Shown: positions 36,913-48,600 of the stretch, in pieces
Layout: every line of letters begins with the position of its first letter
How positions within the stretch are numbered: the stretch's first letter is position 1
Source of the DNA: Octopus sinensis
Lineage: Eukaryota
DNA length: 64,000 bases
NCBI RefSeq assembly: GCF_006345805.1
Contig: NC_043006.1
Coordinates: forward strand, 36,022,001 to 36,086,000
Direction of reading: 5' to 3'
Made by a program: the position numbers and the translations under genes
The notes under the pieces: generated by a model
Database searches by the model: none
Seen by the model: only the letters and a program-made list of their open reading frames with translations
Told to the model about the DNA's origin: nothing

Positions 36913-39655
36913 TTCGTGAATAAAATTATATTGTTGTTGCTCTGTGTAGGCTTTGTTGTGCCTTCCTTAGTATTATTTCCACCTTTGCCACGTCATCGTA
37001 TGTCTTTGTGTTCGGCAGTTTTCATGTTGGTTTGCGAAATATATATCCTGGAGACTATAACGTCACAGCACCTCATTTCTTTTCATCACGAATCATATTT
37101 TTGCGTAGTTATCTTTCATTTTTAACCAAACAAACAGCGCATTCCTGGAAAATTTTACATAAATACTGACACAGTCAACTTGCCGGGGTATTTATTTTTT
37201 ATATTATTCTAACTAATGTCTGCTTCAGAACAGTTACTGAATTTCTTCAACAAATATTCCATAACAAATTATGTGTTGCGTGGATCTCGATTCGTTGTTT
37301 GTGTCTGGATTTTTGCTTGTTATTCTGATATAGTCTTTGTCGGTTGATCCCTTTTGTGATACTTGCAACTTATAGTATACTTCTTTTTAGGTAATTTCCT
37401 CTTCATGAGCACAGCTTTGTTCCTTTGCAGCTATTCTGATTTCGTGTTTCAGCTACAGATGATTGATGATCATCCATGGTTACACAAGGTCCAGTGTTCT
37501 TCCCTGCAGGGTGAAGTGATATCTTGAGCAAGTGTCTTTTCCTTTATCCTCGGCTCGTGCTTCGTGAGTCAGATTAGATAAACGGAAACTGTGTGAAGAC
37601 CATTGTGTAGATTGTACTTCAAATATTTCAATTACTTTAATGTTTAAGTTTTTTATGTTTATTTATTTATTACTTTGTCCTATAAATATTCTAATATATT
37701 TTCCCTATGAATTTCATCCTATTATATCTTTTCATATTTAGTGCTATTCAATTGTATTTTTTTATCCACTTCAATTGTCAGTTTTAATTTTTTATGGCTT
37801 CTATTACAAGTACAAAGAGAGAGCTGCTACGGTCCACCCTATTTTTCCATGACCAATCAAGCAAGACATTCTAAATACCTCTGTCCCTATCAAGCTATGG
37901 CCTATATTTAATGTCCCTGGATGTTGTATAAGTAATCTCACCCTGCACGCTTGAAATAATGATCAATATTACCATTTATTATTTATCAATTATCATTCGC
38001 ACTCAGGATTCTGTAAAAAGAACAGCTATTCAGAAAAACCCTATCATTACACACCCGTTCAAACACAAACAAAAATCCACATAAAAGGGCAAATAACACG
38101 ACCATCCCCTCTAAACCGCTCTAAAAGCAATAATAAGAACAACATCCAAGCTGTTGCTTTTCACTACACATCGCATTTTTTGCCATATTCTATGTTACCA
38201 ATCATATTCCGGGTTTGTAACACACACACACACACACACAGACACACACACAGACAGACATACAGACAGACACACACACACACACACGTGAACTCATGTC
38301 TTATACTATTCTCAAATTCTTATATAATAGTTTAGATTATGATTATATAAGAATTTGAAGTGGGAAACAGAGGAGGGGAATATTTTATGCACTTCGACTT
38401 TGTTTCCTCATTGATATAATGATTTAGTTACAATCATTTTGAGAAAAAAATCTTATTTCCAGACAGCGTATCCATTAATTATTATTTTCTTTTAATAAGA
38501 TCGACAAAGAAAGCAAAATTACTGTTTATATGATTGTAGTTTCGCGACAGTTTTAGTAATAATACTGAATCGAATTAAAATACCTGGCGGTATTTCTTTA
38601 CACTGAGTTCGTGTTTTAAACACTGCCATAAAATTTGATTGCTATTTCTAGAACATCAAGCTATCATTTTGAAGTTCCCTGGTTGGTCTCGTTTATTATG
38701 GTGCTGACAATGGTGATGTTTGACTTTGAAACATTGTTTTGTACAGGAACGTAGTCTTGATAAACCAGAAATGCTAACACTAAACATGACAATGTACATA
38801 GCTATACTTTAGCGTAATCGGGACTTCCAGTCCTACAAACTAATCAAGGACTTTAAAAAAATAATAAAGAACGCCAAGCTATATAATTTGCAATATTTAT
38901 TCAGCCTTTTAACGTTCTGTGAAAAAGCGTAGACTATTAAATTCTTGGGTTTATGACCGTAATGTTGTGGGTTCTATTTCGGTGTATCCTAAGCTGAGAC
39001 AATTCTTTTCATGTTGACAGAGCCCATTCAGATGTAAAGGTGTTTGTCACAGATTGTAATCTTGCGAGACTTCTGGCCTAAAATCTTGCAAATACAAGAT
39101 GTCGACGGCCCTTGATAGCTGCTGCATACTGTGCAAGGGTTGAAAATTTTCTGTTACCGAACTCAAAATGAGGATAACGATATACTTTGAGTAAATTCAA
39201 ACGTTCCAGTAGCAGCCATAGCCATCATTGAGCAAACTTTTAAGCAAAGACATTCTAACCCTGACCATCCCGTTGTTTTTATTCCAGACACTATACAACT
39301 AGGATACAATATCTAAAATGTTGTCTTCTTAGACAGTAGGGAATGAATTGGGAAAGATTTTGCAGTTCTTTCACGCATTTGAAGTGATATCCCAATAAAG
39401 TAGGTAGGTACCAACTACATATTAGGAGAGATAGATTTTTGGTAATTCCTTCGAAGGAATTGTCCTCTTGTATTCATGATCGTACTCTTTCGGTCATTAC
39501 CCAGCATTTTCACTTAAATGTTTCTTAGTTCCGATATCAGAAGTGCTATGATGTTTGTGTCATCGTTTTATTCTTTCTGTTTATTCTAAGTTTACACATT
39601 GCAACGGTTTTATCTGATTTTCTTTGAAGGTTCTGAGATGGAAACATGACATAAG

Positions 39656-39667
39656 ATGAATCCTGAG
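39656..39667 (+). CDS. CHS: chitin synthase, putative first coding exon (MNPE) within exon 39630-39667
   Basis: Acceptor TTTTCTTTGAAG and donor GAG|GTATGT; phase 0 fits the next exon; in-frame TGA upstream. Splice signals only, no homology support. Confidence 0.4.
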
Positions 39668-39943
39668 GTATGTAAAGTTTAATTTTATTCAGCCATTTAA
39701 AATTTTCACTGGTTAACTACTTTAGTTGGTTTCAACAGCTAACTGAAGTTGATCGGCAGCTGGAGAAAATGATCAGTATAAAAACCATACGCTTATAATA
39801 AAGATAAAGACTCTCTCCCCTCCCCACTCTGGCCCTTTTTTCTTTGTCTGATTCTCTATCTGTATTTCTCTGTGAGTATATATACATATACACGAGGGAA
39901 TAAACGAAAAAAATTAGCACTTAACAGTCGGGGTAGAATATAA

Positions 39944-40141
39944 TTTCAAATTTTGGCTCAAAGTTAGCAATTTCAATTTACATCGACCCCAGTACTCAAC
40001 TGAGACTTATTTTATCGACTTCGAAAGGATGAATGGCAAAGTCGACCTCGGCTGAGTTTGAAATCAGAACGTAAACATGAACGAACTGCCGCTAAACACT
40101 TGGCCTGGCGTGCCAACGGTTCTGTCAGCCCGCTGCCTTAA
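39944..40141 (-). mobile_element. degenerate SINE (family A)
   Basis: Contains GGCAAAGTCGACCTCGGC...GCCCGCTGCCTTAA. Confidence 0.7.
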
Positions 40142-40265
40142 GGTGAGGTAAAATGTCATCTGTTCTATTATTTACATTATTTAATTTATTGGAACTCGTA
40201 GAATCACAAAATTCCTAACAGCATTTGTTCATTTTTTTGTTTCGTTTGTTTCAAATCCTAACTAA

Positions 40266-40570
40266 TTCGACTTTGCCTTTCATCCTTTTGGGGTCGATTA
40301 AATAAGTACCAGTTACGCACTAGGGTCGATATAATCGACTTAATCCGTTTGTCTGTCCTTGTTTGTTCTCTGTGTTTAGCCCCTTGTGGGTAGTAAAGAA
40401 ATAGGTATTTCGTCTGTCTTTACGTTTTGAGTTCAAATTCCGCCGAGGTCGACTTTGCCTTTCATCCTTTCGGGGTCAATAAGTTAAGTACCAGTTGCGT
40501 TCTGGGGTCGATCTAATCGACTGGATCCCTTCTCAAAAACTTCGGGGCTTGTACCTAGAGTATAAAAAAA
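40266..40570 (+). mobile_element. SINE (family A), headless partial dimer
   Basis: The core GACTTTGCCTTTCATCC occurs twice. Confidence 0.75.
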
Positions 40571-41043
40571 TATTTGTTCCGACCCTTTGTGTTGTCAGTT
40601 CAAATTCCGCTGTAGCCTCCTTATGTGACAACCTTAATATTTCTCCCGGTTTAACACCACCATTTGACCCTTGGGTATCTCTTACAGAGTCTATTCTTCT
40701 GAAAACATTCAGGTCACCAGAAGTGAAGGCCCTCTAAAGGGGCATACACATTACCCTTCTCTTCTAAGATATTTAAAAATCAATAATTAAATTTGCGTGG
40801 ATTTTCTCTCCAATACAATATTTGAAAAGTTTTTGATTCTAACGTAACAAATCATCCTCGCTGGCAGATGTTTAGTTCTATGCCAAACTTGATCCAACAA
40901 ACCTATTATCAAAGATGTTCCTTGTGACTCTCGTCTTTCTGTTTTCTGACAAAGTATATCTAGAACAACATTATCTAATGTGACTTCCTCTTAAAAGTAC
41001 TGGTGTTATTTCAGACATTTATTTGACATCTGTTTTCTAACAG

Positions 41044-41091
41044 GTTGAGCAACCACAAAATGGTTTCGTCTCGACTTGCTTGATCCAGATT
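41044..41091 (+). CDS. CHS: chitin synthase, putative exon (VEQPQNGFVSTCLIQI)
   Basis: Acceptor CTGTTTTCTAACAG and donor ATT|GTATGT; 48 nt; only the phase-0 frame is open. Confidence 0.55.
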
Positions 41092-41231
41092 GTATGTACG
41101 TGAAAAAATGTGTGCGTTTGTGGTAGGGAAACAGCTGTTATGGCTGCAACAGAAAATAATTTGTCAGTAATAGTTTAGCATGAATAACCTACGATTACTA
41201 CTGAACTCTCTTTGGAGGAAAGACACGCACA

Positions 41232-41282
<51 letters not shown>

Positions 41283-41649
41283 ACACACACACACACATAC
41301 ATACACACACACGTGTATGGATATACGTTGATTAAATATTTTTATTCTTCCTGGGATTGAAGATTTATATTGATTTACATCCGATATACAATTGTATAGT
41401 AGCTGTCATACCTGAATATAGATCTTATTAATTTAGAATGTAATCAGTTTTTAGATTATTATTATTTATACTTTTACAAAATGTCAACTTCGAATTTACT
41501 TTCAAATATACACAAAGTAATCCAGGAATTTCGTTCTATGAATACAGTACAGAATGTATTTGGTCTAATTGTAAAGGATCGAATGTAATTTTATCTTTTT
41601 ATATACAATTACTTTTTTAAGGATTATACGCATTTCTACTGTCTATTTA

Positions 41650-41940
41650 TCATCATCATCATCATCATCATCCTCATCATCATCACCATCCCGTACACTT
41701 TACTGTCTCGGGTCCAAGAACTCATAGGACCGCTTGCTCAGTTTCCATGTCGTACAAGTGACCGAGATCCTAACATAATCCCTAAAATGGACGCCAGTCC
41801 CTTACAGGGTTACTCATCGACTGGAGCAATGTGGAATGAAATATTTTGCACAAAAAAACACAAGGCACTGTCCATTCCAGGAATTGAAACCAAATTCTTA
41901 TGATAAAGAGTGCTATACTCTTACCAGTGGGCCTCGCGCC
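41650..41940 (-). mobile_element. degenerate tRNA-derived SINE with a (CAT)n tail
   Basis: Related to 665-930. Confidence 0.5.
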
Positions 41941-42106
41941 GAGTTCAAATGCCACCCAGGTCGACTTTGCCTTCCATACTTTTAGGGTCGATAAAATATG
42001 TACAGTTGAGCAATGGGGTCGATGTAACCGACAAGTCCCCTCCTGCCAAATTCCAGGCCTTGTGCCAATAATAGAAAAGGTTATAATTATTAAAATTTTT
42101 TTTCAG

Positions 42107-42216
42107 ATCCTGTTCAACATTATTGGCTTCATTTTAAACACATTCCTCTTTACATTAACCAAAATCAGTTTCCTCTACTTATTGCACCTTCACGAGCACG
42201 AATCTAATGAAACATG
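42107..42216 (+). CDS. CHS: chitin synthase exon, first TM segment (ILFNIIGFILNTFLFTLTKISFLYLL...ET-W)
   Basis: Acceptor TTTTTTTTCAG and donor TG|GTATGT. The phase-2 end joins G at 45084 to give W. TKISF matches the SK.SF motif of the first TM block of animal chitin synthases. Confidence 0.8.
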
Positions 42217-42381
42217 GTATGTACATCTATTTCTCTTATAAAAATTATTTGAAAATTTGCATGAAATCAGTTCATGTTATGTTGTTTGTACAAAAACTTT
42301 ATCAACTAATCTGAGTGGGGATGCGTTTACGTGCACATACACGCACATACTTAAATACACACATGGATAGGTACATAGATT

Positions 42382-42435
<54 letters not shown>

Positions 42436-43559
42436 CGTCAATTTCCACATATCATTTACCCGCTACAGAAAAAAACCCGAAGAACTGAAATCGGGGAAGC
42501 CGGCCGATAGAATTTTTTAAAAAAAGTTCGTTATTTCTATATTGAATGAATTTCGGAATTAATCTCATAAAAGATTCTTTCCTCTTGATTAGAACATACG
42601 AAAGGATATAAATAAGATACATGCGCCCATGGAAAAAAACCCGAAGCAAAAATCATGAGTACATATAAGTACCCCAGATATATCTAAAAATAAAATTCTT
42701 TGGTCAGCCTCAGCACAACGTGTTGACTGATTTTCAATACAGGTTACAGTGGTTACCAGTCCCTATAGTGAGTAGTAATAAGTCTACTACTAATATGTGG
42801 CAGCATATTAAAATACCTTTACGGTTAAAATTATAAACAACTTATAAGTAAGGGCTAAAGAAAATTATTTCAATGCCAATATGCTGATAACAGTCTATTA
42901 AATCGTCAATTTCCACATATTATTTACCCGCTACAGAAAAAAAAAACACGAAGAACTGTAATCGAGAAACCACCTTCAAGCAACTCAATCAATATTGAAC
43001 GACGTTATCTATGATAGAGATATATAAATTATCAAATTAATACCTGCAATTTCTAATCTGATTCATAAACATTAGATAGACTACGCGCGTTTCATGACGA
43101 TAAATCTATCGATATTGCTAAAGTAGAAGGTCTCGAAATTCAATATTTTATTGATCCGACTATACTGCCATTCTTTAGGTCTGGATTATAAAACACTATT
43201 TTACTATTTACAACCTATATAGAGACATGATAATTAAACTTATACATTTAGAAGTCATCGAAACAATTAATCTTAACTAAAAACGAACGAAATAAAGCAT
43301 AAAAAATCCAGACCTGAAGAATAGCAGTATAGTCGGATCGATAAAGTATTGAATTTCGAGACCTTCTACTTTAGCAATATCGATTAATTGCTACTAACTC
43401 TTCAATTATTGATTTATAGCGAAAAATAGTTTCACATCATTAATTAGGATATAAAAGTGTATCATTACACTGAATATGAGATCAATTCAAAAATTCAAAC
43501 AGAATTGATGCTGGCAGCCAAACCGATAAGATCCCATACAAACCGATAAGATCCCTACA

Positions 43560-43941
43560 AAGTAGATGTATGTTGTTAACGTAATGTGACAGTCCCATGA
43601 AGGGAATAATGCTACTGCTATTTAGCTCTAGGAAGCAGCACCGCTTCCTGCCAGCCTTGACACATTTCCTGTGTCCTTATGTTTACAAGGGGAACATAAG
43701 CACCTCCACTCACCAAAGCCAGCACCTAGAAACTAGTTTTTGAGTCATTGCATGTCTTCAGAAACTAGTCCCTGGAGGCTGGCTTAGCTGGGTGGAGGTG
43801 CTTATCTCCCCCTTGTAAACATAAGGACACAGGAAATGTGTCAAGGCTGACGGGAAGCGGTGCTGCTTCCTAGGGCTAAATAGTAGTAGCATTATTCCCT
43901 TTATGAGACTGTCACATTAAGTTGATAGCATACAACTACTT
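43560..43941. mobile_element. foldback/MITE-like element with about 170-bp inverted arms
   Basis: AAGTAGATGTATG...AAGCACCTCCAC is mirrored by GTGGAGGTGCTT...CATACAACTACTT. Confidence 0.8.
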
Positions 43942-43982
43942 TATCGTATCACTACTGCATAATTCTCTGAGAGATTTAGAAA

Positions 43983-44428
43983 TGAGTGACTGTGTGGTAA
44001 GTAGTTTGCTTACGAATCACATGGTTCCGGGTTCAGTCCCACTGCGTGGCACCTTGGGCAAGTGTTTTCTACTATAGTCTCGAGCCGACCAAAGCCTTGT
44101 GAATGGATTTGTTAGACGGAAACTGAAAGAAGCCCGTCGTATATATATATATATATAATATTAATTAGAGACAAAACCACTATTATGCAAATATATGTGT
44201 GTATGTGTGTATGTGTATATGTTTGTGTGTCTGTGTTTGTCCTCCCAACATCGCTTGACAACCGATGCTGGTGTGTTTACGTTTCCGTAACTTAGCGGTT
44301 CGGTAAAAGAGACCGATAGAATAAGTACTAGGCTGACAAAGAATAAGTCGTGGGGTCGATTTGCTCGACTAAAGGCGGTGCTCCAGCATGGTCACAATCA
44401 AATGACTGAAACAAGTAAAAAGAGTAAA
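43983..44428 (+). mobile_element. SINE (family B)
   Basis: Contains GAGTGACTGTGTGGTAAGTAG...GGGTTCAGTCCC...GACTGAAACAAGTAAAAAGAGT. Confidence 0.85.
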
Positions 44429-44441
44429 ACAAATAGTATAT

Positions 44442-44484
<43 letters not shown>

Positions 44485-45083
44485 ATGTATATATATATAT
44501 GTATGTATGTATGTATGCATGTATGTATGTATGTGTGTATGTATGTATGTGTGTATGTATGTATGTATGTATGTATGTATGTATGTATGTATGTATGTAC
44601 GTATGTACGTATGTATGTATATATATATATGATCTCATTAATATGCATACAGGAAAAAATATCAGATCCGCACAAAGAATGAAATTCATAAATATTCATT
44701 TAATAAAAAGAAAAAAAAAGGTTTACATTACATGCATTGAAAATGGATGTTGTAGCAATAAATCTGACTCCCTTTCTGCAGTTTTGCAATAATATACGTA
44801 TATGCTATGCGATATACACGCAACGAATTCTTGAAAGGAAACATGGAAGAAACAGCCCTTCTAAAGTCTTCTATTTGCTTTCCGTACTTGGACCCTAAAT
44901 AGCTGAGAATAATATACGTCCTGACTGAGTGCCAAGGAGAGAAAAAACAAAAAACGAACGAATTTCTCTGAAAACAGTATTAGAATAATCAATATCATGG
45001 AATCACGATCGTATTTGTCTTATCGTTAAAAAAGCGTTTCCACGATGGAAGGTTTTTAATAATTTCCCTTTTTCTCTTTGCAG

Positions 45084-45210
45084 GATAGCTTCAATGGCAT
45101 TAGTGCTTGCTGCACCCGAAATTATTTCTATCGGCAAACTTTTGTGGTGCTCGTCTTTTCTTGCCTATGGCAAATTAAGCGAATGGCCGTCGCTACCATC
45201 TTTTCTATTA
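45084..45210 (+). CDS. CHS: chitin synthase exon (IASMALVLAAPEIISIGKLLWCSSFLAYGKLSEWPSLPSFLL)
   Basis: Strong acceptor TTCCCTTTTTCTCTTTGCAG and donor TTA|GTACGT; phase 2 in, phase 0 out; has the PE...W...F...P pattern of the CHS N-terminal membrane region. Confidence 0.85.
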
Positions 45211-45621
45211 GTACGTCACAACTTTAATATTTTGTTTCTTTTCATTCATAAGTTCCTAACAGCGTTTTCCTCATTGTGTTTGTGTATGTAGGTATTGGCC
45301 GATATTCGAATGTCACGCTGCATGTCATTTTACCAGTAATCATCATCTTTTACCCTTCACTTTTTATAGTCATTCGACAGGGGCCATACTGGGGCTCCTT
45401 CTTGAAGGGTGTTAGTCGAAAAAATCAGCCCCAGTATTTAGACATTATTTACATTATTTACAATTGACGGATATTTGTCCTCATCTTATTTATTGTTAAC
45501 ACAACGTTACGGCTCATATACCCACCTGCCTTCATTAGGTGAGTCCCACTCTATTTGTATTGTGCTGTCCTGTACAGTCCCCAATCTTTTGTATGGACGA
45601 TCAGTAGTAAATAAAGGAAAG

Positions 45622-45665
<44 letters not shown>

Positions 45666-48600
45666 TTAACGTCCGCTTTCCCTGCTAGCATGGGTTGGAC
45701 GGTTCAACTGGGGTCTGGGGAGCCCGAAGGCTGCACCAGGCCAGTCAGATCTGGCAGTGTTTCTACAGCTGGATGCCCTTCCTAACGCCAACCACTCCGA
45801 GGTGCCAGACGAGGCTGGCGAACGGCCACGCTCGGATGGTGTTTTTTATGTGCCACCGACGCAGGTGCCAGACGAGGCTGGCAGACGGCCACGCTCGGAT
45901 GGTGTTTTTATGTACCACCGACATAGGTGCCAGATGAGGCTGGCAAACGGCCACGATCGGATGGTGTTTGTTACGTGCCCACAGCACGGAGGCCAGTCGA
46001 TGCAGTACTGGCTACGGCCACGTTCGGATGGTTTTCTTGTGTGCCACCGGCACTGGTACCACAAGGATACAAATTCCATTGATGTTCATCTATTTTGATT
46101 TGTTTTGATTTTCACTTGCCTCAACAGGTCTTCACAAGTGTCACAAGAAGGAAGGTATGCACAGGTGGACTGACTACGTCCCAGGTAGGGGCCACGGGTT
46201 ATGGCCTGACTAGTCTTGCCGGGTCTTCGGATGGTGTTTTTATGTGCCACCGACATAGGTGCCAGATGAGGCTGGCGAACGGCCACGATCGGATGGTGTT
46301 TGTTACGTGCCCACAGCACGGAGGCCAGTCGATGCGGTACTGGCTACGGCCACGTTCGGATGGTTTTCTTGTGTGCCACCGGCACTGGTACCACAAAGAT
46401 ACAAATTCCATTGATGTTCATCTATTTTGATTTGTTTGATTTGATTTTGATTTTGATTTTCACTTGCCTCAACAGGTCTTCACAAGTATCACAAGAAGGA
46501 AGGTATGCACAGGTGGACTGACTACGTCCCAGGTAGGGGCCACGGGTTATGGCCTGACTAGTCTTGCCGGGTCTTCGGATGGTGTTTTTATGTGCCACCG
46601 ACACAGGTGCCATATGAGGCTGGTGAACGGCCACGATCGGATGGTGTTTGTTACGTGCCCACAGCACGGAGGCCAGTCGGATGGATTTCTTATGTGCCAC
46701 CGGCACTGGTACCACAAAGATACAAATTCCATTGATGTTCATCTATTTTGATTTGTTTTGATTTTCACTTGCCTCAACAGGTCTTCACAAGTGTCACAAG
46801 AAGGAAGGTATGCACAGGTGGACTGACTACGTCCCAGGTAGGGGCCACGGGTTATGACCTGACTAGTCTTGCCGGGTCTTCGGATGGTGTTTTTATGTGC
46901 CACCGACACAGGTGCCATATGAGGCTGGCGAACGGCCACGATCGGATGGTGTTTGTCATGTGCCCACAGCACGGAGGCCAGTCGATAGCCACGTTCGGAT
47001 GATTTTCTTGTATGCCACCGGCACTGGTACCACAAAGATACAAATTCCATTGATGTTCATCTATTTTGATTTGTTTTGATTTTCACTTGCCTCAGCAGGT
47101 CTTCACAAGTGTCACAAGAAGGAAGGTATGCACAGGTGGACCGACTACGTCCCAGGTAGGGGCCACGGGTTATGGCCTGACTAGTCCTGCCGGGTCCTCT
47201 CATGCACAGCACACTTCCATAGGACTCGGTCTCTAGTCATTTCCTTGGTGAGACCTAAAGTTCGAAGGTCGTGCTTCACCACCTCGTCCCAGGTTTTCCT
47301 GGGTCTACCTCTTCCACAGGTTCCCTCAACTGCTTGGGTGTAGCACTTTTGCACACAACTATCTTCAGCCATTCTCGTCACATGACCATACCAGCGCAGC
47401 CGTCTCTCTTGCACACCACAACTGACGCTTCTTAGGTTCAACTGTTCTCTCAAGGTACTTACACTCTGACGATTATGAACGCTGACATTACACATCCATC
47501 GGAGCATACTGGCTTCATTTCTTGCGAGCTTACGCATATCCTCAGCAGTCACGGCCCATGTTTCACTACCATGTAGCATGGCTGTACGTACACATACATC
47601 ATACAGTCTGCTTTTTACTCTTAGCGAGAGGCCTTTTGTCACCAGCAGGGGTAAGAACTCTCTAAACTTTGCCCATGCTATTCTTACTCTAGCAGTTACA
47701 CTTTCAGCACACCCACCCCCGCTTCTGACTTGGTCTCCTAGGTAGCGGAAGCTATCAACTACTTCTAGTTTGTCTCCCTGGAACGTGGCAGAAGTTGGTC
47801 TCTGCACATTTCCAGTGTTTATTGCTCCTGAGCATCTGCCACAGACAGAAACTATTTTCCTAGTTAGCCTTCCTTTAACATTGCTGCACCTCTTATGTGT
47901 CCATAGCTTACACTTGGTGCACCTTATAGAGTTTCTACCTACACCTTTTTTACAGATCGAGCAGGGCCATCTACCTGAAGTCGTTTGTGATTGGTCCACC
48001 TTCCTACTTATTAGGACTTTGGTTTTGGCTAGGTTGATTCTAAGGCCCTTCGATTCTAATCCTTGTTTCCACACCTGAAACTTCTCCTCCAGTTCTGATA
48101 GTGACTCAGCAATTAGAGCAAGGTCATCAGCATAGAGGAGCTCCCAGGGGCATCCTGTCTTGAATTCCTCCGTTATTGCCTGGAGGACTATGATAAATAG
48201 GAGGGGACTGAGGACTGAACCTTGGTGGACCCCAACCTCTACCCGGAATTCTTCACTGTACTCGTTGCCAACCCTCACCTTACTAGCAGCGTCTCTGTAC
48301 ATGGCTCGCACAGCTCTCACTAACCATTCATCTATCCCTAGTTTCCTCATTGACCACCAGATAAGGGATCAACAAAAGCCAGATACAAGGGCTTATCTTT
48401 GGCTAGGTATTTCTCCTGCAGCTCTCTTACCAGGAATATAGCATCAGTAGTACTTTTCCCTGGCACGAACCCAAACTGCATATCATCTAAGCTAACTCTC
48501 TCTCTAATTAATTGGGCTATAACCCTCTCCGTAACCTTCATTACCTGATCCAGCAGTTTGATGCCCCTGTAGTTATTTGTATCTAGGGCGTCGCCTTTAC

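Noticed and set aside
38652-38790. Possible extra upstream CHS exon (hydrophobic reading TSSYHFEVPWLVSFIMVLTMVMFDF)
   Set aside because: Weak acceptor, no good donor before the stop, and not needed for a phase-consistent model.
41900-42106. 5' part of the 113-aa ORF 41900-42241
   Set aside because: It is SINE and intron sequence; only 42107-42216 behaves as an exon.
45870-47197. Regularly spaced repeats suggestive of a CRISPR array
   Set aside because: Eukaryotic context, 320-bp units with no unique spacers, and the units are LINE 3' UTR.
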